Shown here: in pieces, positions 37,186 through 45,644 of the stretch
Layout: each line of letters starts with the position of its first letter
How positions within the stretch are numbered: position 1 is the stretch's first letter
Assembly: GCA_046350855.1 (NCBI GenBank)
Contig: JAXLZM010000002.1
Coordinates: forward strand, 14,103-78,102
Direction of reading: 5' to 3'
Length of the DNA: 64,000 bases
Origin: Candidatus Anderseniibacteriota bacterium
Lineage (GTDB): Bacteria; Patescibacteriota; JAUYIX01
Notes under the pieces: generated by a model
Told to the model about the DNA's origin: nothing
Database searches by the model: none
The model's input: only the letters and a program-made list of their open reading frames with translations
Made by a program: the position numbers and the translations under genes

Positions 37186-38694
37186 ATGGCCCAAAAACTC
37201 TCAATCCTCGGGATGAACGCACGCAACCTGCGTTTTTTGCGGCCCTACAACCGACGCCGAGCTGTACGTGTGGCAGATGACAAGCTGCTGACCAAGCAGG
37301 TCCTCGACCAGCACAGCATTCCCAACCAGCGGCTCTTTGCGGTCATTACCAGCTCACGGGATCTCAAGGGTTTTCGCTGGGAAAAACTACCGAGTTCGTT
37401 TGTAATCAAGCCCAACCGGGGTCTAGCCGGGGGTGGGATTATCGTAATCCGGCACAAAAAAAAGGTGCCCAAGGGTACAGAACTGACCTACATCGCCTCC
37501 GATCGCTCCGAGTGGACTATTACACAGTTGGAGGAACATATCCGCGACATTTTGGATGGCCGGTTCTCCCTGACTAACTCTCCGGACCTCGCCTTTATTG
37601 AAGAGCGGATCAAGTTACACCCCGCCTTTGAAGAATTTACCTATCGCGGCATCCCAGACATCCGCGTGGTGGTGTTTAACGGAATTCCGGTCATGGCGGC
37701 CGTGCGCTTGCCCACCGCTAAGTCTAAAGGTAAGGCTAACATTGCGCTGGGTGCCGCGTATCTCGGGATCGACTTGGCTACGGGCGCAGCCACTAACGCT
37801 GTACTCAAAAAACCGCGACGGCGCTTTATCACGCACCATCCCGACACCGGGGCCGACTTGTTGCAACTGCGCGTGCCGTACTGGGATCAGATTTTGGAGA
37901 TCGCGCTCAAATCTAGTGAGGCGAGTGGATTGCGCTACATCGGAGCGGACATCGCCCTGGACCGTGACAAAGGTCCGGTCGTAATGGAGCTTAACGCACG
38001 CCCAGGACTCGAGATCCAGTTGGCTAACCTCGCACCACTGGGTAGCCGTTTGGAACGGGTCGAGGGGATCAAGGTAGGTGACACTCAAAAAGCCATTCGT
38101 TTGGCTAAAGATCTTTTTGGGGGCGACATCGAACGTTTGGTCGAGGACCTCTCGCACCGGCACGTCTTGGGCATCGTCGAGTCGGTCGAGTTGGTCAGTC
38201 GCTCCGGACAGCGCACCAAGACCTATGCCAAGGTCGATACGGGCGCGGGCTTTACTTCGATCGACGTTGAGCTGGCCACTAAAATTGGATTCACCAAGGT
38301 ACGCTCGGTAATTAAGGAGTACAAGCTCAACCGTGTTTTGACCGGCCGCGAAGCCCGTGAACTCAGCAAGACCGCCCGCGCCAAAATCCTCAAAACCTAT
38401 ACAGAAATCGTCGGTACCGCGCTGGTGCACTCAAGCCACGGCTCGACTTTTAGATTGCTCGTCCCGATTACCTACTATTTAGCGGGGGTTAAAGTTACGA
38501 CGCGAGCCACCATCGTCGAGCGCGAGGAGCTAGACTATCCCATGATCATCGGGCGGCGTGACCTAGAGAACTTTTTGATCGACCCCACCTTGCAGCGCGA
38601 CGTAAAGCCCGAGCCAGGTAGGGCGCCCCGCGCCAGCCGCCCAGCAAAACCGCTGCCGCCAAAGTCGCCCACTCCAGCAGGTGGCCAAGGTTAG
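37186..38694 (+). CDS. RimK-type ATP-grasp peptide ligase (alpha-L-glutamate ligase-like) fused to a C-terminal retropepsin-like aspartic protease domain (PF05618-like); 502 aa.
   Basis: ATP-grasp motifs FVIKPNRGLAGGGIIVI, DIRVVVFNGIPVMAAVRLP and RYIGADIALD..GPVVMELNARPG. C-terminal domain carries the aspartic protease signature AKVDTGAGFTSID (D-T-G-A). Confidence 0.75.
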   Translation: MAQKLSILGMNARNLRFLRPYNRRRAVRVADDKLLTKQVLDQHSIPNQRLFAVITSSRDLKGFRWEKLPSSFVIKPNRGLAGGGIIVIRHKKKVPKGTELTYIASDRSEWTITQLEEHIRDILDGRFSLTNSPDLAFIEERIKLHPAFEEFTYRGIPDIRVVVFNGIPVMAAVRLPTAKSKGKANIALGAAYLGIDLATGAATNAVLKKPRRRFITHHPDTGADLLQLRVPYWDQILEIALKSSEASGLRYIGADIALDRDKGPVVMELNARPGLEIQLANLAPLGSRLERVEGIKVGDTQKAIRLAKDLFGGDIERLVEDLSHRHVLGIVESVELVSRSGQRTKTYAKVDTGAGFTSIDVELATKIGFTKVRSVIKEYKLNRVLTGREARELSKTARAKILKTYTEIVGTALVHSSHGSTFRLLVPITYYLAGVKVTTRATIVEREELDYPMIIGRRDLENFLIDPTLQRDVKPEPGRAPRASRPAKPLPPKSPTPAGGQG

Positions 38695-40393
38695 GCCCAG
38701 TTTGAACTAAAGCCGCGCCGGTCTTAGTACCAGAGCTTATATCGCTTGTCGCACGCGGGGCCACGACGACCTGCTCGCCTGAGCGCAAGACGATCCCGCT
38801 GACCGTGACCAGACTGCCTTTTTTGGGAGCGGCTGCGCTAATACCCGTAGTTTTACGAACAGAAACGAGCGTGCTCTTTTGGTTAGCACTCGCGGTAGCA
38901 CGCGCTACTCTAAAAGATTTACCGCTCCGGGAACTGACCTGTCCTTGCAAGCGTACCGCCTGTCCAAGCAGACTTTCGTCCACTCCACCCGGTTGCACCA
39001 CGCGGTAGCTGACTTTGGCCCTACCGGTCACTACCAAGCTAGTCGCGAGTATCCGCGGCTGGTGAGCGTAGCTTTCGAGTTTGCCCACGATCGTGACCGT
39101 ATCGCCTATGGCCGCCCGCGTCTCGGAGGAGACTTTGGCGAGTGCGGCACCGCTCGGGTCGGAGAGGTGCAGAGTATCTGTATAAAACGTCCCGCGGGCG
39201 GCACTCACTACGCCTTGGACGCTCACTAGGGTACCCTCGGCCTCTGAGGCGAGATCCGCCAAGTGCGGGATCTCGGTTGCGTTCTCCTCAGTCTCCTGGA
39301 CAGCCTCTGGGGCTGCCTCCTCACCCGTCTCATCAGTCGCATCCTGCGCATCACTCGATTGGGGGCTAGCGGGTTCATCCAAGATGTTATGCGCACCGGG
39401 CGTTGGTGCAACCGTCCAGGCAAACCCCTCCTCAAAAGCTGCCCAACTTTGGTCACTGATCGCATTGGTATAGGTGGTTTTGTCGAGCACGCTAGCCGGC
39501 GTGGGTAGCTGCCAGAGTAGCTCAACCGTGTCGCCGTCGTTATTGAGGGAGAGGCCGGTCGTGGGCTTAGTCAACGCGGTGTAGCTGCCTGCCGCAAGCG
39601 AACCACTCAAACGCACCGTTTTGCCGGAGGCGTCCCGCAGAGCCAGGGTACTCAGATCGAGGGCTTGCGGACTTGCGTTGTAGAGCTCCACAAATTCCTG
39701 GGCGCTACTGGGATTAGGCAAAAGCTCTGAGAGTATTACTTGAGGCGCAGTAGGAGGGGGAGCCTGGTGGACCAGCCACCCCAGTGACCGACTCGCACCC
39801 GGAGCTAACTCGGTCAAGCCCGTCGGCCCCAGTTCACGGGCCAGGGTGACTTCGCTGCCGGGGTCGCTCGACCAGGCATATAAATCGCAGTTTGTCCCGT
39901 CGGGCGCTACAATACCGGCTGCGTCACTCGTATTGGCCAGAGACAAATTCCCTGTACTCGTTTTGAGGAGCAGGATGCCATCGCTCGAATCGGATTGCAG
40001 AATTTCCGCGTTGTATTCACCGGCGTAGTCTTTATCGAGCACTAACCCAACTTGCCCCGGTGCGAGCAGTAAGCCGCTGGCCCCAAACTGCAAGCTCGTC
40101 CCAAACTCCACTAAACTCTGTTGTAGGTTGGAGCCATCGATAAAGTGGTACTTCGTCAGATCGACCGGAGTAGCCCCGCTGTTATAGAGCTCTAACAGTT
40201 CGCCCGTGTTCTCGTTGAGGGCATTGGGCAAAATCTCGCTTAAGCGGATGGGACAGGTGGTCAAACCGCCAGGGCTACTTGGACCGAGGGCCAGGGCGGC
40301 CAGCGGCGGGGCGGCGGCCAGTAGGCTGAGTGTGAGGCTAAGGAGGCTGTGCACTGCAAGGCGCCGATAGAGAGAGTGGTTCATGTGGACCAC
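38546..40393 (-). CDS. Secreted protein with two lamin-tail domains (LTD) and a C-terminal hydrophobic anchor (615 aa).
   Basis: Signal peptide MVHMNHSLYRRLAVHSLLSLTLSLLAAAPPLAALA. LTD motifs LSEILPNALNENTGELLELYNSGATPVDL and ILSELLPNPSSAQEFVELYNASPQALDL. C-terminal LLEWATLAAAVLLGGW. 3' end overlaps the convergent ATP-grasp gene by 149 nt. Confidence 0.65.
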   Translation of the reverse strand: MVHMNHSLYRRLAVHSLLSLTLSLLAAAPPLAALALGPSSPGGLTTCPIRLSEILPNALNENTGELLELYNSGATPVDLTKYHFIDGSNLQQSLVEFGTSLQFGASGLLLAPGQVGLVLDKDYAGEYNAEILQSDSSDGILLLKTSTGNLSLANTSDAAGIVAPDGTNCDLYAWSSDPGSEVTLARELGPTGLTELAPGASRSLGWLVHQAPPPTAPQVILSELLPNPSSAQEFVELYNASPQALDLSTLALRDASGKTVRLSGSLAAGSYTALTKPTTGLSLNNDGDTVELLWQLPTPASVLDKTTYTNAISDQSWAAFEEGFAWTVAPTPGAHNILDEPASPQSSDAQDATDETGEEAAPEAVQETEENATEIPHLADLASEAEGTLVSVQGVVSAARGTFYTDTLHLSDPSGAALAKVSSETRAAIGDTVTIVGKLESYAHQPRILATSLVVTGRAKVSYRVVQPGGVDESLLGQAVRLQGQVSSRSGKSFRVARATASANQKSTLVSVRKTTGISAAAPKKGSLVTVSGIVLRSGEQVVVAPRATSDISSGTKTGAALVQTGPNLGHLLEWATLAAAVLLGGWRGAPYLARALRRAARWGRSKSSLGHAAR

Positions 40394-40484
40394 TCTAGTG
40401 GCCGATACCTTAAAAAAAGATTAGACTTGCCTTAAGAAAAGCTAAAAAACGGCCCACGCTGGCCGAACTTCTCCACTTTCCCCA

Positions 40485-40685
40485 ATGAAACCTTCCACTT
40501 TTATTGCCACGCTCATTGGCGCCCTCATCATCGGGGGCGGTATTGCCGCTTTGCTGCTCGTTGTAGGTAACGCTCAGACCCAAATTGTCATCCCGGAGAA
40601 AACCTGCACGGTCTCGGATCTCGACCAAGACGGCGACTGTATCGCCGGGGATCTTGATTTTTATCCCTACGACCCGTTGCGGTAA
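40485..40685 (+). CDS. Hypothetical small membrane-anchored protein (66 aa).
   Basis: N-terminal TM helix FIATLIGALIIGGGIAALLLVV. No clear SD. Confidence 0.35.
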   Translation: MKPSTFIATLIGALIIGGGIAALLLVVGNAQTQIVIPEKTCTVSDLDQDGDCIAGDLDFYPYDPLR

Positions 40686-40702
40686 CGCCGCTCAGCCCTC
40701 AA

Positions 40703-41329
40703 TTAGTCGATATCGGGGAGGCGTTGGCCGAGCCGCTGGATTTGCTGATCGGTAATCGGCTGACCGGTGCGCACCGCACCGCTAATCTCACGTTTGGTGC
40801 GTTCTTCCAGCTCGGTCTGACGGTCGATAATGTGTTTTTCTACCTCGTAGGGTTTTGGAATATACCTAAACTCGAGCAGCTCGGTCGTACCGGCGGTCTG
40901 CACAAAAATCGTGCCGTAACCCAAAAACGTCGCTAAAATTCCTTTGACGCGACTTTGTACGTCCTGCACGGTCGACAAATCCAACTCCGTAATCTGCCGG
41001 TTGAACAAACTACGCTGTTTAATCTGTACGATCCGTTCATTAGTCAAAATCCAAATGTCGAGGTAGTAGTCGATAAACTTGACGTACATAAAGAGCCAGG
41101 CCATGAGGAGCACGATGCCACTGACCGTCACCAACACCAGGCGCGGAATCCCACGGGTAAAGTCGATCGGTGCTACGCGTAAAATCACAAAGAGCGCGGC
41201 GAGATAGGCTGCCACCATGAGCACTACAAACACGGTCGAGGCCAAAATCTGGATCCAGTGCCGTCGCGTAAAAATCAAGACTTGCTCGTCGCTGCGCTGG
41301 CCAGGAAAGAGTGCGGTAGGTTCGTGCAT
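40703..41329 (-). CDS. Membrane protein with a bacterial PH-like (YdbS/DUF304-type) domain (208 aa).
   Basis: Two TM helices followed by YYLDIWILTNERIVQIKQRSLFNRQITELDLSTVQDV. Confidence 0.5.
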   Translation of the reverse strand: MHEPTALFPGQRSDEQVLIFTRRHWIQILASTVFVVLMVAAYLAALFVILRVAPIDFTRGIPRLVLVTVSGIVLLMAWLFMYVKFIDYYLDIWILTNERIVQIKQRSLFNRQITELDLSTVQDVQSRVKGILATFLGYGTIFVQTAGTTELLEFRYIPKPYEVEKHIIDRQTELEERTKREISGAVRTGQPITDQQIQRLGQRLPDID

Positions 41330-41330
41330 G

Positions 41331-41549
41331 TTAAAAAATTCCTAAATAAATAACCGTAAAGGCTACCAACACCACACTCCCTGCCAAAAAAATGATCAGA
41401 GCGGGATAGGTCAACTTGTCGCCTTTAAAGCCGTACTTGATGGCGTGGTAGATGGCAAAAAATCCGTAGAGCAGATAAAAAACTAAAAAAGCCCCAAAAA
41501 TAATCGTGAGGATGAGGCGCACGGTATCGATGGTAAAAAAATCGCTCAT
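41331..41549 (-). CDS. Hypothetical small membrane protein (72 aa).
   Basis: Two predicted TM helices. Tightly packed between neighbouring genes (1-nt and 12-nt gaps). Confidence 0.45.
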   Translation of the reverse strand: MSDFFTIDTVRLILTIIFGAFLVFYLLYGFFAIYHAIKYGFKGDKLTYPALIIFLAGSVVLVAFTVIYLGIF

Positions 41550-41561
41550 GGGGCTGGGGCT

Positions 41562-42617
41562 TTAGGTCAGTTTGAGTTGGGCGGTGGCGGGTGGGGTCAG
41601 GCCGAGTTGAGTATACGCTTTTTGAGTCGCCACGCGACCCCGGTGAGTGCGATCGATAAACCCTGCTTGAATGAGGTAGGGTTCGACCACGTCGAGCAGG
41701 GTGTTCTCGTCTTCGCCTAGGTTGGCAGCGATAGCGTTGAGTCCGACCGGGCCGCCGTTAAAGCGCTCGATCACCGTACGGAGAAGGGCCTGATCGAGGC
41801 TGTCTAAGCCGGCTTGGTCGACCCCCAATTGATCGAGGGCAGCCTGCGCCACGGAGTTACTGATACTCGTCTCACCCGCCACTTCCGCAAAGTCGCGCAC
41901 ACGTTTGAGGAGACGGTTGGCAATGCGCGGGGTAAGTCGTGCCCGCGCGGCCAAGATTTGGATCGCGGCTGGTTGGATCTCGATCTTAAGGATTTTGGCC
42001 GACCGTGCGATAATCTCGGCGATATCTGCCACTTGGTAAAAGTTGAGCCGGTAGCTGGCACCAAAGCGATCACGTAAGGGGCCCGAGAGCATACCTAGGC
42101 GGGTGGTCGCGCCGATGATCGTAAACTTGGGGAGGTCGAGCCGCAGCGAGCGCGCCCCAGGGCCTTTGCCGACGACCAAGTCTAAAGCATAGTCCTCCAT
42201 AGCTGGATACAGCACTTCTTCTACCGTCCGGTGCAGCCGGTGAATCTCGTCGATAAATAAAATGTCGCGTTCCTTAAGGTTGGTCAGCATGGCGGCGAGA
42301 TCGCCCTGTCGCTCGATGGCTGGCCCACTGGTCACCACCAACTGCACCCCCATCTCGGCTGCAATAATGTGCGCTAAGGTCGTTTTGCCCAACCCCGGTG
42401 GCCCCGAGAGTAAGACGTGCTCGATTGGTTCGTTGCGTTTTTTGGCCGCCGCTAAAAAGACCTGCAAGTTTTTTTTGAGGTCGGCTTGGCCGATAAATTC
42501 ACCCAGCCGTTTAGGTCGCAAGCTCAACTCCAATTTGGCCTCAGAGCGCTTAACTTGGGGCTCCGAGACCCGCTCGCTCATGACCCCCTTAGTAACGCTG
42601 GTTCGTTCGATTGCCAT
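41562..42617 (-). CDS. ruvB: Holliday junction branch migration ATPase RuvB (start at 42617 or 42581; the ORF track extends to 42680).
   Basis: Walker [19 protein letters not shown]. Sensor and arginine-finger regions. C-terminal winged helix. Confidence 0.88.
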   Translation of the reverse strand: MAIERTSVTKGVMSERVSEPQVKRSEAKLELSLRPKRLGEFIGQADLKKNLQVFLAAAKKRNEPIEHVLLSGPPGLGKTTLAHIIAAEMGVQLVVTSGPAIERQGDLAAMLTNLKERDILFIDEIHRLHRTVEEVLYPAMEDYALDLVVGKGPGARSLRLDLPKFTIIGATTRLGMLSGPLRDRFGASYRLNFYQVADIAEIIARSAKILKIEIQPAAIQILAARARLTPRIANRLLKRVRDFAEVAGETSISNSVAQAALDQLGVDQAGLDSLDQALLRTVIERFNGGPVGLNAIAANLGEDENTLLDVVEPYLIQAGFIDRTHRGRVATQKAYTQLGLTPPATAQLKLT

Positions 42618-42699
42618 AGATCCAGTATATCCGTAGTTTGGATGAACCCAAAACTTGACCCCCAGAGGCCAATCTTGCACTCTGGTCTTGTTCAGCAGG

Positions 42700-43040
42700 A
42701 CGACCGGCAGGGGTAGTGGTGCGAGGTCGTGTCCGTTTTGCGGAGCAGTTCGTTACCGTATGCCGACCGAAGCTCAGGTACATCGGTTGGTGAGTAAGGT
42801 GCCTGGTTTTTTTGGCAGTATGTGTCACGAGGGTGGCACGGAGCAAGTAGCGTCTCCGCTCCCGCAGCACCGATGGTTCACTCGCGATTTTTCGCGGGCA
42901 CCTCCGGTCGAAGGTCCTGGAGAGGAGTCTCACGCCGTTGGATGACGCCCCCCAAGGGTCTTGTCGTACCAGGGTCATTTACTGACCTACCCCCGTCATT
43001 CCAACTCCTTTGGTTGAACATTAACAATACGCCCCGTTCG
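42700..43040 (+). ncRNA. Candidate structured non-coding leader (~340 nt) immediately 5' of the reverse transcriptase gene; possible RT template or scaffold RNA (retron msr-msd-like or DRT-type ncRNA).
   Basis: No credible ORF: the frames here give Arg/Ser/Pro-rich translations and have no SD. Several local hairpins: ggtgcc...ggcac (42798..42840), tcgcga-ttttt-cgcgg (42882..42897), ggtca-tttac-tgacc (42972..42986). The RT has a strong SD but no recognisable promoter directly upstream. Confidence 0.3.
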
Positions 43041-43057
43041 CAAGTAGGAGGCACTGT

Positions 43058-44131
43058 ATGTCGATGCTGCAGCTGCCTTTGCCGGGCAGCGAAAAGTTTT
43101 TTCCTGAGACTGACTTTGATCGAGCTCGTGTTGAGCATTACGTCGGCCAGATCGAGCCGACCTTGCGACCCTGCCAGATCCAGCCAAGTGTGGTCGTGGA
43201 GATTCTCTGCAACCCAACTCCCTTTTGGAAACGCACCATAAAGGTGGACCACGTAAAGTGCAAGACGCGCATCTGCTGGTCTCCCCTGGTACAACTGCGC
43301 AAGATCCAACGAGCCTTGCTCTTGCAACTGCGATTGCCGAAAGGGTTTCCATCTATGGCGTTTGAACCTGCAGATTCGATCATCTGGAACGCGCGTTGTC
43401 ACATCGGTAACAAAGCCAGTTTGATGGTCGATCTCAAAAATGCCTACGAGTCGATCAAAACCAAGCATGTGCAGCGCTACCTCAGGCGAGAACAATACTG
43501 CAGTAAGGCCGAGGCTTGGGTGATCGCGCGGCTCATAACCTATCGAGGTCTCTTGCGTATGGGAGCGCCCATCTCCGGATGGATCTTTAACGCCATGTTG
43601 TACCGTTTTGACCAAGAGGTACTTACGGTGTTTGGAGCACCGACGATAGCGATGCGGCATGATGACGAGTCCAGTGTCAGTCTGTTCTACAAAGCTGGTA
43701 GAAAGCCGCGCCCCCACAGTCATGGGATCGTGTACACGCGCTATGCGGACAACCTCTGCATTTCTGTACCAGGTACGTGGGTGAGAGGGATCACCGAAAA
43801 CATGCTTGAAAAAGTCCTTGCACGTCATCATCTCACGCTCAACCCCGACAAAACGGTACATGGGCACAATGGTCGCTTGTTCTTTCCTGGCATTGAGCTA
43901 TCTGACAACAAGATCTATCCCAACATGGACTACCTTTCTTGGTTTGCCTATCAGTTCCACTTAAAGCAGTTACTGCCTCAGCAGCTCATGGGGCACCTCT
44001 GCTACCAGCGTATGTTTGGTGACAGCGTCTACCAGGATCTTCGGCAAGCGTTTCCGACGCCAGGAGGTGAGGACGCTTTAGCTGAACTACCGATGTACTG
44101 GCAGATGGAAGATCCGTATGAAAACTGCTGA
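43058..44131 (+). CDS. Reverse transcriptase, compact (357 aa), retron-like; no maturase, endonuclease or other fused domain.
   Basis: RBS aggagg 7 nt upstream. RT motifs: KRTIKV...SPLVQLRKIQRALLLQL (motifs 0/1, retron-type LKxIQ), NARCH (retron NAxxH), LMVDLKNAYESIK (motif A), GAPISGWIFNAMLY (motif B'), IVYTRYADNLCISV (motif C, reading Y-A-D-N rather than YxDD), LTLNPDKTV (motif D). Confidence 0.85.
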   Translation: MSMLQLPLPGSEKFFPETDFDRARVEHYVGQIEPTLRPCQIQPSVVVEILCNPTPFWKRTIKVDHVKCKTRICWSPLVQLRKIQRALLLQLRLPKGFPSMAFEPADSIIWNARCHIGNKASLMVDLKNAYESIKTKHVQRYLRREQYCSKAEAWVIARLITYRGLLRMGAPISGWIFNAMLYRFDQEVLTVFGAPTIAMRHDDESSVSLFYKAGRKPRPHSHGIVYTRYADNLCISVPGTWVRGITENMLEKVLARHHLTLNPDKTVHGHNGRLFFPGIELSDNKIYPNMDYLSWFAYQFHLKQLLPQQLMGHLCYQRMFGDSVYQDLRQAFPTPGGEDALAELPMYWQMEDPYENC

Positions 44132-44134
44132 CAA

Positions 44135-44166
44135 GCTCGATTCCTTGCGAGGGATCGAGCTTTTTT
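44135..44166 (+). terminator. Strong intrinsic terminator immediately after the RT stop codon.
   Basis: Stem gctcgat(t)cc / ggatcgagc with a 7-nt loop, followed by tttttt. Confidence 0.7.
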
Positions 44167-44202
44167 GTAGCTTCTACCTGCCACGTATAAAGGAGGCCCG
44201 AC

Positions 44203-44802
44203 GTGCCGCTCATTAAGAATATCCAGTCCTGCCTGATTAACGGTGTTCGTCTCATCGAACTCAACCTCTTTGCCGACGAGCGCGGGCACTTTGCCCTGCT
44301 GTTCTCCCGACAAGAGATGCGTAAGGCCAAGCTCAAGCCCTACCGTTTTTGCTACTTTGCCGAGTCGAGTTCTAAGCAGGGGGTCGTGCGGGCCTTTCAT
44401 ATCGCGCGCTACACCAAGTACATCCACATCACCTGGGGATGTGCCCATGCCGCGATCATGGACTGCCGGCTGTACTCCCCAACCTTTGGTCAGATCGTCA
44501 CATTTACCCTGGACGAACACAACGTCCTGATCCTGCCGCCCAATTGCGGTAACGGGTTCCAGGCCCTCACGCCGACCGTCAAGTATCTGTATGCCGCGAC
44601 CGGGTACTGGACCCCGACCGCCGAGAGAGGTGTCTCATACCAAGAGCATCGGTGGCCACTCCCCCCGATCGTTTCGGAGCGTGATCGCAACTACCTGCCT
44701 TTTGTTGAGGCCTACCGCAAAGAGATCGAGCGCCGTATGCGCTCCCGCAAGAGTACTTTGATCATCGTTCGCAAGGCTCTCAGTGAGAGTTCCGTGGCAT
44801 GA
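44203..44802 (+). CDS. RmlC-like cupin (dTDP-4-dehydrorhamnose 3,5-epimerase family), 199 aa.
   Basis: GTG start with aggagg 7 nt upstream. Motifs FADERGHF (RmlC GDERGFF), SPTFGQIVTF (RmlC SPTFGQW), LPPNCGNGFQAL, YAATGYW. Confidence 0.7.
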   Translation: MPLIKNIQSCLINGVRLIELNLFADERGHFALLFSRQEMRKAKLKPYRFCYFAESSSKQGVVRAFHIARYTKYIHITWGCAHAAIMDCRLYSPTFGQIVTFTLDEHNVLILPPNCGNGFQALTPTVKYLYAATGYWTPTAERGVSYQEHRWPLPPIVSERDRNYLPFVEAYRKEIERRMRSRKSTLIIVRKALSESSVA

Positions 44803-44805
44803 GAG

Positions 44806-44834
44806 TTGACAAAAACCCCGTATCCTGCTAGGAT
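44806..44834 (+). promoter_or_regulatory. Sigma-70-like promoter TTGACA-17-TAGGAT, with a ~220-nt leader before the next ORF.
   Basis: -35 ttgaca at 44806..44811, 17-nt spacer, -10 taggat at 44829..44834. The leader contains the hairpin cgtaggcttgccctacg. Confidence 0.55.
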
Positions 44835-45058
44835 GCGGCGTTCTTTTCTATACACAAAAGGAAACACGCGACACTTTCCCCACGTGGCACGTGCGCCTTT
44901 GTATTTCGCCGATTTGGACCCCTAAGCAATCAACGGTGGGAAAAAATAAGGATGAGGTGGCCCGTAGGCTTGCCCTACGCTCCTGCTCCCTCACCCCTTG
45001 ATTTTCTTGCTTTGCTTAGGGCTCCCAGTCGGTGATCCAGTACAAACAAGGAGCGGCC

Positions 45059-45352
45059 ATGATCAAGGACATCAACAAGATTGGTAAAGTGTTGGTCAAG
45101 CGCCAGGGCGACAAGCTGGAGATCAAGTTACTCAGCATCGACAATCGTTCGATCGACTGGGCACGTGATCCCATCGAGATCGATTCGGAGGAACAGCTCG
45201 CGCAATTTCTCCAGATCCTGGGCCTCATGCTCTACTCGAGCGAGCAGACCTTTGTGCGGACCCACGCGGACAACGGCAACACCGTCTACATCAATCGCGT
45301 GCACGCCAGGGGCTACTACAGTCCCCACGAGCTCCGCCTCATGCTAGTCTAG
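45059..45352 (+). CDS. Hypothetical small protein (97 aa).
   Basis: RBS aaggag 8 nt upstream of the ATG. Sequence MIKDINKIGKVLVKRQGDKLEIKLLSIDNRSIDWARDPIEIDSEEQLAQFLQ... Confidence 0.5.
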   Translation: MIKDINKIGKVLVKRQGDKLEIKLLSIDNRSIDWARDPIEIDSEEQLAQFLQILGLMLYSSEQTFVRTHADNGNTVYINRVHARGYYSPHELRLMLV

Positions 45353-45392
45353 ACTCTCGGACACCACGGATAACCAAGGAGGTTCCTACCGG

Positions 45393-45584
45393 ATGAACAA
45401 AGCCGACAAACTCTTCTTCGAGCACCTCAATGCCATGGAGATGGTCGTGACCGGCGAGGTCAAGGCGCTTCACGACGAACGCGGTCCCCTCATCGAGCCG
45501 CGAGTGCAGCACCTCAAGGACCAGCTCGAACACATCCACGAGCTGCGTGCCATGCGTGAGAACAAGGACTACAAGCAGACCTAA
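45393..45584 (+). CDS. Hypothetical small protein (63 aa), helical and charged.
   Basis: RBS aaggagg upstream of the ATG. Sequence MNKADKLFFEHLNAMEMVVTGEVKALHDERGPLIEPRVQHLKDQLEHIHELRAMRENKDYKQT. Confidence 0.45.
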   Translation: MNKADKLFFEHLNAMEMVVTGEVKALHDERGPLIEPRVQHLKDQLEHIHELRAMRENKDYKQT

Positions 45585-45644
45585 CGCGACATCGTCGCCA
45601 CTCTCTGTTATCGGCCCATGGCTAACCGCCCTGGGCCTTTTTCT

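Noticed and set aside
42878-43867. 329-aa minus-strand ORF antisense to the reverse transcriptase (also 42589..42978 and 42996..43352).
   Set aside because: Antisense shadow ORFs typical of GC-rich DNA. The plus-strand frame carries the full set of ordered RT motifs and a strong SD.
42681-44166. Group II intron interpretation of the RT locus (the leader contains a GTGCG near 42718).
   Set aside because: The RT is only 357 aa with no maturase X or endonuclease domain. No domain V consensus (gagccgtatgcgatgaaagtcgcacgtacggttc) or domain VI appears downstream; what follows the stop codon is a plain intrinsic terminator.
44185-44190. TATAAA hexamer upstream of the cupin gene, as a possible dedicated promoter.
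   Set aside because: It abuts the SD (tataaaggagg), so a transcript started there would lack the ribosome-binding site. The cupin gene is more likely transcribed by read-through or from an unrecognised promoter.
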